Assembly (NCBI RefSeq): GCF_009914755.1
Contig: NC_060948.1
DNA from: the human T2T-CHM13v2.0 reference genome, Homo sapiens
Reading direction: 5' to 3' (one strand)
DNA: 64,000 nt
Shown piece after piece: positions 11,301-26,200 of this stretch. Under the pieces are notes generated by a model that was given only the letters and a program-made list of their open reading frames with translations, was not told the DNA's origin and did no database searches. The position numbers were made by a program, and so were the translations under genes. How positions within the stretch are numbered: the stretch's first letter is position 1; each line of letters begins with the position of its first letter.

Positions 11301-14250
11301 TGGAACGAAATTTCACGGAATGGAATCAAACTGAAAGGAATCAAATCAATGGAATCTAATCAAATGGAATGGAAGGGAATTGAATGGAGTAGATTGGATT
11401 GGATGGGATTGGAGTGAAATGTACTGGAAAGGACTCGAATTTCATGAAACGGAATGGAATGAATTGGAACGGAATGGACTCGAATGGAATGGAATGTCAT
11501 GGAATGGCATCAAATGGAATGGCATCAAATGGAATGGAATAGAATGCAATGGAATGCTATGGAATGGAATGGAATGCATTGGAATGGAATGTCCTCTAAT
11601 GGAATGGATTCGAGTGGAATGGAATCGAATATAATGGAGTCGAATGAAATGGAATTGAAAGGAGTGGGATCGAATACAATGGAATATGCTGGAATGTAAT
11701 GTAATGAACTCGAATGTAATTGACTGGAATGGAATGTACATGAATGGAATGTAATCGAATGGAAAGTAATCCAATGGAATAGAATCTAATGCAATAAAAT
11801 CGACTCAGATAGAGTAGAATGTAATGGAATGGAGTGCAGTACAATGGAATGGAATGGAATGCAATGGAATGGAATGGAATGGAATGGAATGGAATGGAAT
11901 GGGATGGAATGGGATGGAATGGTATGGAATGGATAGTAATGGACTGGAGTGAAATGGACTGGAAAGGAATGGACTCAAATTGAAAGGGCTCGAAAGGAAT
12001 GGAGTCAAATGGAATGGTCTGGAATGGAATGAACACGAATGTAATGCAATCCAATAGAATGGAATCGAATGGCATGGAATATAAAGAAATGGAATCGAAG
12101 AGAATGGAAACAAATGGAATGGAATTGAATGGAATGGAATTGAATGGAATGCGAACGAATGGAGTGAAATTGTATGCAGTAGAAGGGAATAGAATGGAAT
12201 GCAAGCGAAAGGAAAGGAATGGATTGGAATGGAATGGAATTCATTGGAATGGAAGGGAATGTAGTGTAGTGGACAGGCCTGGAATAAAGTGGAATGCTAC
12301 GGTCTCGAATGGAATAAAAATGTATGGAATGGAATGCAATGAAACGGAATCGAATGTCATAGAATGTAATGGAATGCAAAAAAATGGAATCCAAAATCAT
12401 TGACTGGAAAGGCTGGGTGTCGAAAGGAATTGACTCCAATGGAATGGAATCGAATGGAATGGAAGTGAATAGAATCGAACTAAATCGAATGGAATGGAAT
12501 TGATAGGAACGGAATGGAAAGGAATGCAATGAATTGGCATGGAATGGAATCGAATGGCATCGAATGGAATGGAATGGAATGCAATGGAATGGAATGTATT
12601 AGAATGTAATGAACTTTAATGGAATGTACTCGAATGGATTCGACTGGAATGGAATGTTCTGGAAGTGAATGGACTCCAATGGAATGGATTCAAAAGGAAT
12701 GGAATCGTACGGAATGGAATCTAATGGAATGGAATTAAATGGAAATGAATCAAATTGAATAGCACGGAATTGAATTGAATGGAATGGAATGCAATGGAAT
12801 CTAATGAAACGGAAAGGAAAGGAATGGAATGGAATGGAATGGGCTGGAATGGAAAGGAATCGAAACGAATGGAATGGAATCGAACTGAAGAGACTGGAAT
12901 GGAATGCACTGGAATGGAAGAGAGTGTAATGGAAGGTTCTCGAAAAAAATGGAATCGAATGGAATGGAATTGAATGGAACGGAATAGAGTCGAATGGAAT
13001 TGAATGGAATGGAATGGACTAGAGTGAAATGGAATCGAACCACAAGGAATGGACAGGAATAGAATGGTCTCGAATTGAATGGAATCGTATGGAATGGCAT
13101 CAAACGGAATGGAATGGACAGCCACGGAATGGAATGCACTCGAATGCAATGGAGTCGAAACTAATGGACTGGAATAGAATGGACTCGACTGGTACGGACT
13201 CCAATGGAATGGAATCGAATGGAAGGGAATCGAACGGAATGGACTCGAAGGGAAAAGACTGCAATGGAAAGGTCTCGAATGGAATGGAAATTAATGGAAT
13301 GGAATGGAATCGAATGAAATGGAGTCAAAAGGAATGGAATCGAATGGCAAGAAATCGAATGTAATGGAATCACAAGGAATTGATGTGAACGGAACGGAAT
13401 GGAATGGAATCCAAAGGAATGGAATAGAATGGAATGGAATCGAATGGAAAGGACTCGAATGGAAATCACTCGAATAGAATGCAATTTAATAAAATAGGAT
13501 CAAATGTAATGGAATGGAATGGAAAGGAATCGAAACGAAAGGAATGGAGACAGATGGAATGGAATGGAACAGAGAGCAATGGTATAGAATGGAATGGAAT
13601 CATCTGGAATGGAATTGAATGGAATGGAATAATATGAAATGGAATGGAATGGAATGGAATGGAATGCCCTTGAATTAAATGGACTGGAATGGAATGGACT
13701 CGAACAGAGTGGAATGGAAAGTGTTGAGATAGAATGGAATGGACTCCTTTGGAATGGTGTAGTATGCAATGCAATCGACTGGCAGGGAATCAAAAGGAAT
13801 GTAATGGAATGGATTGGACTGGAATGCAATGGACTCGAATAGATTGGAAACGGAATGCAAAGGAATGGAATGGAATAGTATGGAATGGAATGGAAAGGAA
13901 TGGAGTGGAATAGACTAGAGTGGAATGGAATGGACTGGAAAGCAATGGACTGGAATGGAACTTTCTTGAATGGACTGGAATCAAACGGAATGGAATGCAA
14001 TGCAATCAAATGGCATGGAATAAAATAGAATGAAAGAGAATCAAATGGAATTGAATCGAATGGAATCGAATGGATTGGAAAGGAATAGAATGGAATGGAA
14101 TGGAATGGACTAGAATGGAATGGATTCGAATGGAAGGCAAAGGAATGGAATCTATTGGAATGGACTGTAATGGAATGGAATGGAAGGGATTGGAATGGAC
14201 TCGAATGGAATGGACTGCAATAGAAAGGATTCGAATGGAATGAAAAAGAA

Positions 14251-17200
14251 TTGAATGGAATAGAACAGAATGGAATCAAATCGAATGAAATGGAATGGAA
14301 TAGAAAGGAATGGAATGAAATGGAATGGAAAGGATTCGAATGGAATGCAATCGAATGGAATGGAATCGAACGGAATGGAATAAAATGGAAGAAAACTGGC
14401 AAGAAATGGAATCGAAATGAATGGAGAGTTATGGAACGGACTCAAAAGGAATTGAATGTAATAGAATGGAGTGGAGTGGACTCGAATATAATGGACTGGA
14501 ATGGAATGAAATCACAAGGAATGGGAACGAATGGAATGGAATGGAAAGGAATGGAATCGAATGGAAAGGAATCGAATGGAAGGGAATGAAATTGAATCAA
14601 CAGGAATGGAAGGGAATAGAATAGACGGTAATGGAATGGACTCGAATAGAATGGACACGAATGCTCAAATTGAATGGACTCGAATGGAATGGAAACGAAA
14701 GGAATGTCATCGAATGGAATTGAATGGATTGGAATGAAATCGCATAGAATGGAGTGGAATCAAATGGAATTGAATCGAAAGGAAAGGAAGCGAATGGACT
14801 GAAATGAAATGGAATGGAATTGAATGGAAAGTAATGCAATGGAATAGAATGGAACGAAATTTCACGGAATGGAATCAAACTGAATGGAATCAAATCAATG
14901 GAATCAAATCAAATGGAATGGAAAGGAATTGAATGGAGTAGATTGGATTGGATGGGATTGGAATGAAATGTACTGGAAAGGACTCGAATTTCATGAAACG
15001 GAATGGAATGAATTGGAACGGAATGGACTCGAATGGAATGGAATGTCATGGAATGGCATCAAATGGAATGGCATCAAATGGAATGGAATCGAATGCAATG
15101 GAATGCTATGGAATGGAATGGAATGCATTGGAATGGAATGTCCTCTAATGGAATGGATTCGAGTGGAATGGAATCGAATATAATGGAGTCGAATGAAATG
15201 GAATTGAAAGGAATGGGATCGAATACAATGGAATATACTGGAATGTAATGTAATGAACTCGAATGTAATTGACTGGAATGGAATGTACATGAATGGAATG
15301 TAATCGAATGGAAAGTAATCCAATGGAATTGAATCTAATGCAATAAAATCGACTCAGATAGAGTAGAATGTAATGGAATGGAGTGCAGTGCAATGGAATG
15401 GAATGGAATGGAATGCAATGGAATGGAATGGAATGGAATGGAATGGAATGGGATGGAATGGGATGGAATGGTATGGAATGGATAGTAATGGACTGGAGTG
15501 AAATGGACTGGAAAGGAATGGACTCAAATTGAAAGGGCTCGAAAGGAATGGAGTCAAATGGAATGGTCTGGAATGGAATGAACACGAATGTAATGCAATC
15601 CAATAGAATGGAATCGAATGGCATGGAATATAAAGAAATGGAATCGAAGAGAATGGAAACAAATGGAATGGAATTGAATGGAATGGAATTGAATGGAATG
15701 GGAACGAATGGAGTGAAATTGTATGCAGTAGAAGGGAATAGAATGGAATGCAAGCGAAAGGAAAGGAATGGATTGGAATGGAATGGAATTCATTGGAATG
15801 GAAGGGAATGTAGTGTAATGGACAGGCCAGGAATAAAGTGGAATGCTACGGTCTCGAATGGAATAAAAATGTATGGAATGGAATGCAATGAAACGGAATC
15901 GAATGTCATAGAATGTAATGGAATGCAAAAAAATGGAATCCAAAATCATTGACTGGAAAGGCTGGGTGTCGAAAGGAATTGACTCCAATGGAATGGAATC
16001 GAATGGAATGGAAGTGAATAGAATCGAACTAAATCGAATGGAATGGAATTGATAGGAACGGAATGGAAAGGAATGCAATGATTTGGCACGGAATGGAATC
16101 GAATGGCATCGAATGGAATGGAATGGAATGCAATGGAATGGAATGCATTAGAATGTAATGAACTTTAATGGAATGTACTCGAATGGATTCGACTGGAATG
16201 GAATGTTCTGGAAGTGAATGGACTCCAATGGAATGGATTCAAAAGGAATGGAATCGTACGGAATGGAATCTAATGGAATGGAATTAAATGGAAATGAATC
16301 AAATTGAATAGCACGGAATTGAATTGAATGGAATGGAATGCAATGGAATCTAATGAAACGGAAAGGAAAGGAATGGAATGGAATGGAATGGGCTGGAATG
16401 GAAAGGAATCGAAACGAATGGAATGGAATCGAACTGAAGAGACTGGAATGGAATGCACTGGAATGGAAGGGAGTGTAATGGAAGGTTCTCGAAAAAAATG
16501 GAATCGAATGGAATGGAATTGAATGGAACGGAATAGAGTCGAATGGAATTGAATGGAATGGAATGGACTAGAGTGAAATGGAATCGAACCACAAGGAATG
16601 GACAGGAATAGAATGGTCTCGAATTGAATGGAATCGTATGGAATGGCATCAAACGGAATGGAATGGACAGCCACGGAATGGAATGCACTCGAATGCAATG
16701 GAGTCGAAACTAATGGACTGGAATAGAATGGACTCGACTGGTACGGACTCCAATGGAATGGAATCGAATGGAAGGGAATCGAACGGAATGGACTCGAAGG
16801 GAAAAGACTGCAATGGAAAGGTCTCGAATGGAATGGAAATTAATGGAATGGAATGGAATCGAATGAAATGGAGTCAAAAGGAATGGAATCGAATGGCAAG
16901 AAATCGCATGTAATGGAATCGCAAGGAATTGATGTGAGCGGAACGGAATGGAATGGAATCCAAAGGAATGGAATAGAATGGAATGGAATCGAATGGAAAG
17001 GACTTGAATGGAAATCACTCGAATAGAATGCAATTTAATAAAATAGGATCAAATGTAATGGAATGGAATGGAAAGGAATCGAAACGAAAGGAATGGAGAC
17101 AAATGGAATGGAATGGAACAGAGAGCAATGGTATAGAATGGAATGGAATCATCTGGAATGGAATTGAATGGAATGGAATAATATGAAATGGAATGGAATG

Positions 17201-20200
17201 GAATGGAATGGAATGCCCTTGAATTAAATGGACTGGAATGGAATGGACTCGAACAGAGTGGAATGGAAAGTGTTGAGATAGAATGGAATGGACTCCTTTG
17301 GAATGGTGTAGTATGCAATGCAATCGACTGGCAGGGAATCAAAAGGAATGTAATGGAAGGGATTGGACTGGAATGCAATGGACTCGAATAGATTGGAAAC
17401 GGAATGCAAAGGAATGGAATGGAATAGTATGGAATGGAATGGAAAGGAATGGAGTGGAATAGACTAGAGTGGAATGGAATGGACTGGAAAGCAATGGACT
17501 GGAATGGAACTTTCTTGAATGGACTGGAATCAAACGGAATGGAATGCAATGCAATCAAATGGCATGGAATAAAATAGAATGAAAGAGAATCAAATGGAAT
17601 TGAATCGAATGGAATCGAATGGATTGGAAAGGAATAGAATGGAATGGAATGGAATTGACTCAAATGGAATGGACTAGAATGGAATGGATTCGAATGGAAG
17701 GCAAAGGAATGGAATCTATTGGAATGGACTGTAATGGAATGGAATGGAAGGGATTGGAATGGACTCGAATGGAATGGACTGCAATAGAAAGGATTCGAAT
17801 GGAATGAAAAAGAATTGAATGGAATAGAACAGAATGGAATCAAATCGAATGAAATGGAATGGAATAGAAAGGAATGGAATGAAATGGAATGGAAAGGATT
17901 CGAATGGAATGCAATCGAATGGAATGGAATCGAACGGAATGGAATAAAATGGAAGAAAACTGGCAAGAAATGGAATCGAAATGAATGGAGTGTTATGGAA
18001 CGGACTCAAAAGGAATTGAATGTAATAGAATGGAGTGGAGTGGACTCGAATATAATGGACTGGAATGGAATGAAATCACATGGAATGGGAACGAATGGAA
18101 TGGAATGGAAAGGAATGGAATCGAATGGAAAGGAATCGAATGGAAGGGAATGAAATTGAATCAACAGGAATGGAAGGGAATAGAATAGACGGTAATGGAA
18201 TGGACTCGAATAGAATGGACACGAATGCTCAAATTGAATGGACTCCAATGGAATGGAAACGAAAGGAATGTCATCGAATAGAATTGAATCGACTGGAATG
18301 AAATCGCAAGAATGGAGTGGAATCAAATGGAATTGAATCGAAAGGAAAGGAAGCGAATGGACTGAAATGAAATGGAATGGAATTGAATGGAAAGTAATGC
18401 AATGGAATAGAATGGAACGAAATTTCACGGAATGGAATCAAACTGAAAGGAATCAAATCAATGGAATCTAATCAAATGGAATGGAAGGGAATTGAATGGA
18501 GTAGATTGGATTGGATGGGATTGGAGTGAAATGTACTGGAAAGGACTCGAATTTCATGAAACGGAATGGAATGAATTGGAACGGAATGGACTCGAATGGA
18601 ATGGAATGTCATGGAATGGCATCAAATGGAATGGCATCAAATGGAATGGAATCGAATGCAATGGAATGCTATGGAATGGAATGGAATGCATTGGAATGGA
18701 ATGTCCTCTAATGGAATGGATTCGAGTGGAATGGAATCGAATATAATGGAGTCGAATGAAATGGAATTGAAAGGAATGGGATCGAATACAATGGAATATG
18801 CTGGAATGTAATGTAATGAACTCGAATGTAATTGACTGGAATGGAATGTACATGAATGGAATGTAATCGAATGGAAAGTAATCCAATGGAATAGAATCTA
18901 ATGCAATAAAATCGACTCAGATAGAGTAGAATGTAATGGAATGGAGTGCAGTACAATGGAATGGAATGGAATGCAATGGAATGGAATGGAATGGAATGGA
19001 ATGGAATGGAATGGAATGGGATGGAATGGGATGGAATGGTATGGAGTGGATAGTAATGGACTGGAGTGAAATGGACTGGAAAGGAATGGACTCAAATTGA
19101 AAGGGCTCGAAAGGAATGGAGTCAAATGGAATGGTCTGGAATGGAATGAACACGAATGTAATGCAATCCAATAGAATGGAATCGAATGGCATGGAATATA
19201 AAGAAATGGAATCGAAGAGAATGGAAACAAATGGAATGGAATTGAATGGAATGGAATTGAATGGAATGGGAACGAATGGAGTGAAATTGTATGCAGTAGA
19301 AGGGAATAGAATGGAATGCAAGCGAAAGGAAAGGAATGGATTGGAATGGAATGGAATTCATTGGAATGGAAGGGAATGTAGTGTAATGGACAGGCCTGGA
19401 ATAAAGTGGAATGCTACGGTCTCGAATGGAATAAAAATGTATGGAATGGAATGCAATGAAACGGAATCGAATGTCATAGAATGTAATGGAATGCAAAAAA
19501 ATGGAATCCAAAATCATTGACTGGAAAGGCTGGGTGTCGAAAGGAATTGACTCCAATGATATGGAATCGAATGGAATGGAAGTGAATAGAATCGAACTAA
19601 ATCGAATGGAATGGAATTGATAGGAACGGAATGGAAAGGAATGCAATGAATTGGCATGGAATGGAATCGAATGGCATCGAATGGAATGGAATGGAATGCA
19701 ATGGAATGGAATGTATTAGAATGTAATGAACTTTAATGGAATGTACTCGAATGGATTCGACTGGAATGGAATGTTCTGGAAGTGAATGGACTCCAATGGA
19801 ATGGATTCAAAAGGAATGGAATCGTACGGAATGGAATCTAATGGAATGGAATTAAATGGAAATGAATCAAATTGAATAGCACGGAATTGAATTGAATGGA
19901 ATGGAATGCAATGGAATCTAATGAAACGGAAAGGAAAGGAATGGAATGGAATGGAAAGGGCTGGAATGGAAAGGAATCGAAACGAATGGAATGGAATCGA
20001 ACTGAAGAGACTGGAATGGAATGCACTGGAATGGAAGGGAGTGTAATGGAAGGTTCTCGAAAAAAATGGAATCGAATGGAATGGAATTGAATGGAACGGA
20101 ATAGAGTCGAATGGAATTGAATGGAATGGAATGGACTAGAGTGAAATGGAATCGAACCACAAGGAATGGACAGGAATAGAATGGTCTCGAATTGAATGGA

Positions 20201-23200
20201 ATCGTATGGAATGGCATCAAACGGAATGGAATGGACAGCCACGGAATGGAATGCACTCGAATGCAATGGAGTCGAAACTAATGGACTGGAATAGAATGGA
20301 CTCGACTGGTACGGACTCCAATGGAATGGAATCGAATGGAAGGGAATCGAACGGAATGGACTCGAAGGGAAAAGACTGCAATGGAAAGGTCTCGAATGGA
20401 ATGGAAATTAATGGAATGGAATGGAATCGAATGAAATGGAGTCAAAAGGAATGGAATCGAATGGCAAGAAATCGAATGTAATGGAATCGCAAGGAATTGA
20501 TGTGAATGGAGCGGAATGGAATGGAATCCAAAGGAATGGAATCGAATGGAAAGGACTCGAATGGAAATCACTCGAATAGAATGCAATTTAATAAAATAGG
20601 ATCAAATGTAATGGAATGGAATGGAAAGGAATCGAAACGAAAGGAATGGAGACAGATGGAATGGAATGGAACAGAGAGCAATGGTATAGAATGGAATGGA
20701 ATCATCTGGAATGGAATTGAATGGAATGGAATAATATGAAATGGAATGGAATGGAATGGAATGGAATGCCCTTGAATTAAATGGACTGGAATGGAATGGA
20801 CTCGAACAGAGTGGAATGGAAAGTGTTGAGATAGAATGGAATGGACTCCTTTGGAATGGTGTAGTATGCAATGCAATCGACTGGCAGGGAATCAAAAGGA
20901 ATGTAATGGAATGGATTGGACTGGAATGCAATGGACTCGAATAGATTGGAAACGGAATGCAAAGGAATGGAATGGAATAGTATGGAATGGAATGGAAAGG
21001 AATGGAGTGGAATAGACTAGAGTGGAATGGAATGGACTGGAAAGCAATGGACTGGAATGGAACTTTCTTGAATGGACTGGAATCAAACGGAATGGAATGC
21101 AATGCAATCAAATGGCATGGAATAAAATAGAATGAAAGAGAATCAAATGGAATTGAATCGAATGGAATCGAATGGATTGGAAAGGAATAGAATGGAATGG
21201 AATGGAATTGACTCGAATGGAATGGACTAGAATGGAATGGATTCGAATGGAAGGCAAAGGAATGGAATCTATTGGAATGGACTGTAATGGAATGGAATGG
21301 AAAGGATTGGAATGGACTCGAATGGAATGGACTGCAATAGAAAGGATTCGAATGGAATGAAAAAGAATTGAATGGAATAGAACAGAATGGAATCAAATCG
21401 AATGAAATGGAATGGAATAGAAAGGAATGGAATGAAATGGAATGGAAAGGATTCGAATGGAATGCAATCGAATGGAATGGAATCGAACGGAATGGAATAA
21501 AATGGAAGAAAACTGGCAAGAAATGGAATCGAAATGAATGGAGTGTTATGGAACGGACTCAAAAGGAATTGAATGTAATAGAATGGAGTGGAGTGGACTC
21601 GAATATAATGGAATGGAATGGAATGAAATCACAAGGAATGGGAACGAATGGAATGGAATGGAAAGGAATGGAATCGAATGGAAAGGAATCGAATGGAAGG
21701 GAATGAAATTGAATCAACAGGAATGGAAGGGAATAGAATAGACGGTAATGGAATGGACTCGAATAGAATGGACACGAATGCTCAAATTGAATGGACTCGA
21801 ATGGAATGGAAACGAAAGGAATGTCATCGAATGGAATTGAATGGATTGGAATGAAATCGCATAGAATGGAGTGGAATCAAATGGAATTGAATCGAAAGGA
21901 AAGGAAGCGAATGGACTGAAATGAAATGGAATGGAATTGAATGGAAAGTAATGCAATGGAATAGAATGGAACGAAATTTCACGGAATGGAATCAAACTGA
22001 ATGGAATCAAATCAATGGAATCAAATCAAATGGAATGGAAAGGAATTGAATGGAGTAGATTGGATTGGATGGGATTGGAATGAAATGTACTGGAAAGGAC
22101 TCGAATTTCATGAAACGGAATGGAATGAATTGGAACGGAATGGACTCGAATGGAATGGAATGTCATGGAATGGCATCAAATGGAATGGCATCAAATGGAA
22201 TGGAATCGAATGCAATGGAATGCTATGGAATGGAATGGAATGCATTGGAATGGAATGTCCTCTAATGGAATGGATTCGAGTGGAATGGAATCGAATATAA
22301 TGGAGTCGAATGAAATGGAATTGAAAGGAGTGGGATCGAATACAATGGAATATACTGGAATGTAATGTAATGAACTCGAATGTAATTGACTGGAATGGAA
22401 TGTACATGAATGGAATGTAATCGAATGGAAAGTAATCCAATGGAATAGAATCTAATGCAATAAAACCGACTCAGATAGAGTAGAATGTAATGGAATGGAG
22501 TGCAGTGCAATGGAATGGAATGGAATGGAAGGCAATGGAATGGAATGGAATGGAATGGAATGGAATGGAATGGAATGGAATGGGATGGAATGGGATGGAA
22601 TGGATAGTAATGGACTGGAGTGAAATGGACTGGAAAGGAATGGACTCAAATTGAAAGGGCTCGAAAGGAATGGAGTCAAATGGAATGGTCTGGAATGGAA
22701 TGAACACGAATGTAATGCAATCCAATAGAATGGAATCGAATGGCATGGAATATAAAGAAATGGAATCGAAGAGAATGGAAACAAATGGAATGGAATTGAA
22801 TGGAATGGAATTGAATGGAATGGGAACGAATGGAGTGAAATTGTATGCAGTAGAAGGGAATAGAATGGAATGCAAGCGAAAGGAAAGGAATGGATTGGAA
22901 TGGAATGGAATTCATTGGAATGGAAGGGAATGTAGTGTAATGGACAGGCCTGGAATAAAGTGGAATGCTACGGTCTCGAATGGAATAAAAATGTATGGAA
23001 TGGAATGCAATGAAACGGAATCGAATGTCATAGAATGTAATGGAATGCAAAAAAATGGAATCCAAAATCATTGACTGGAAAGGCTGGGTGTCGAAAGGAA
23101 TTGACTCCAATGGAATGGAATCGAATGGAATGGAAGTGAATAGAATCGAACTAAATCGAATGGAATGGAATTGATAGGAACGGAATGGAAAGGAATGCAA

Positions 23201-26200
23201 TGATTTGGCATGGAATGGAATCGAATGGCATCGAATGGAATGGAATGGAATGCAATGGAATGGAATGTATTAGAATGTAATGAACTTTAATGGAATGTAC
23301 TCGAATGGATTCGACTGGAATGGAATGTTCTGGAAGTGAATGGACTCCAATGGAATGGATTCAAAAGGAATGGAATCGTACGGAATGGAATCTAATGGAA
23401 TGGAATTAAATGGAAATGAATCAAATTGAATAGCACGGAATTGAATTGAATGGAATGGAATGCAATGGAATCTAATGAAACGGAAAGGAAAGGAATGGAA
23501 TGGAATGGAAAGGGCTGGAATGGAAAGGAATCGAAACGAATGGAATGGAATCGAACTGAAGAGACTGGAATGGAATGCACTGGAATGGAAGGGAGTGTAA
23601 TGGAAGGTTCTCGAAAAAAATGGAATCGAATGGAATGGAATTGAATGGAACGGAATAGAGTCGAATGGAATTGAATGGAATGGAATGGACTAGAGTGAAA
23701 TGGAATCGAACCACAAGGAATGGACAGGAATAGAATGGTCTCGAATTGAATGGAATCGTATGGAATGGCATCAAACGGAATGGAATGGACAGCCACGGAA
23801 TGGAATGCACTCGAATGCAATGGAGTCGAAACTAATGGACTGGAATAGAATGGACTCGACTGGTACGGACTCCAATGGAATGGAATCGAATGGAAGGGAA
23901 TCGAACGGAATGGACTCGAAGGGAAAAGACTGCAATGGAAAGGTCTCGAATGGAATGGAAATTAATGGAATGGAATGGAATCGAATGAAATGGAGTCAAA
24001 AGGAATGGAATCGAATGGCAAGAAATCGAATGTAATGGAATCGCAAGGAATTGATGTGAACGGAACGGAATGGAATGGAATCCAAAGGAATGGAATAGAA
24101 TGGAATGGAATCGAATGGAAAGGACTCGAATGGAAATCACTCGAATAGAATGCAATTTAATAAAATAGGATCAAATGTAATGGAATGGAATGGAAAGGAA
24201 TCGAAACGAAAGGAATGGAGACAGATGGAATGGAATGGAACAGAGAGCAATGGTATAGAATGGAATGGAATCATCTGGAATGGAATTGAATGGAATGGAA
24301 TAATATGAAATGGAATGGAATGGAATGGAATGGAATGCCCTTGAATTAAATGGACTGGAATGGAATGGACTCGAACAGAGTGGAATGGAAAGTGTTGAGA
24401 TAGAATGGAATGGACTCCTTTGGAATGGTGTAGTATGCAATGCAATCGACTGGCAGGGAATCAAAAGGAATGTAATGGAATGGATTGGACTGGAATGCAA
24501 TGGACTCGAATAGATTGGAAACGGAATGCAAAGGAATGGAATGGAATAGTATGGAATGGAATGGAAAGGAATGGAGTGGAATAGACTAGAGTGGAATGGA
24601 ATGGACTGGAAAGCAATGGACTGGAATGGAACTTTCTTGAATGGACTGGAATCAAACGGAATGGAATGCAATGCAATCAAATGGCATGGAATAAAATAGA
24701 ATGAAAGAGAATCAAATGGAATTGAATCGAATGGAATCGAATGGATTGGAAAGGAATAGAATGGAATGGAATGGAATTGACTCAAATGGAATGGATTCGA
24801 ATGGAAGGCAAAGGAATGGAATCTATTGGAATGGACTGTAATGGAATGGAATGGAAGGGATTGGAATGGACTCGAATGGAATGGACTGCAATAGAAAGGA
24901 TTCGAGTGGAATGAAAAAGAATTGAATGGAATAGAACAGAATGGAATCAAATCGAATGAAATGGAATGGAATAGAAAGGAATGGAATGAAATGGAATGGA
25001 AAGGATTCGAATGGAATGCAATCGAATGGAATGGAATCGAACGGAATGGAATAAAATGGAAGAAAACTGGCAAGAAATGGAATCGAAATGAATGGAGTGT
25101 TATGGAACGGACTCAAAAGGAATTGAATGTAATAGAATGGAGTGGAGTGGACTCGAATATAATGGACTGGAATGGAATGAAATCACAAGGAATGGGAACG
25201 AATGGAATGGAATGGAAAGGAATGGAATCGAATGGAAAGGAATCGAATGGAAGGGAATGAAATTGAATCAACAGGAATGGAAGGGAATAGAATAGACGGT
25301 AATGGAATGGACTCGAATAGAATGGACACGAATGCTCAAATTGAATGGACTCGAATGGAATGGAAACGAAAGGAATGTCATCGAATGGAATTGAATGGAT
25401 TGGAATGAAATCGCATAGAATGGAGTGGAATCAAATGGAATTGAATCGAAAGGAAAGGAAGCGAATGGACTGAAATGAAATGGAATGGAATTGAATGGAA
25501 AGTAATGCAATGGAATAGAATGGAACGAAATTTCACGGAATGGAATCAAACTGAATGGAATCAAATCAATGGAATCAAATCAAATGGAATGGAAAGGAAT
25601 TGAATGGAGTAGATTGGATTGGATGGGATTGGAATGAAATGTACTGGAAAGGACTCGAATTTCATGAAACGGAATGGAATGAATTGGAACGGAATGGACT
25701 CGAATGGAATGGAATGTCATGGAATGGCATCAAATGGAATGGCATCAAATGGAATGGAATCGAATGCAATGGAATGCTATGGAATGGAATGGAATGCATT
25801 GGAATGGAATGTCCTCTAATGGAATGGATTCGAGTGGAATGGAATCGAATATAATGGAGTCGAATGAAATGGAATTGAAAGGAATGGGATCGAATACAAT
25901 GGAATATACTGGAATGTAATGTAATGAACTCGAATGTAATTGACTGGAATGGAATGTACATGAATGGAATGTAATCGAATGGAAAGTAATCCAATGGAAT
26001 TGAATCTAAAGCAATAAAATCGACTCAGATAGAGTAGAATGTAATGGAATGGAGTGCAGTGCAATGGAATGGAATGGAATGGAATGCAATGGAATGGAAT
26101 GGAATGGAATGGAATGGAATGGGATGGAATGGGATGGAATGGTATGGAATGGATAGTAATGGACTGGAGTGAAATGGACTGGAAAGGAATGGACTCAAAT

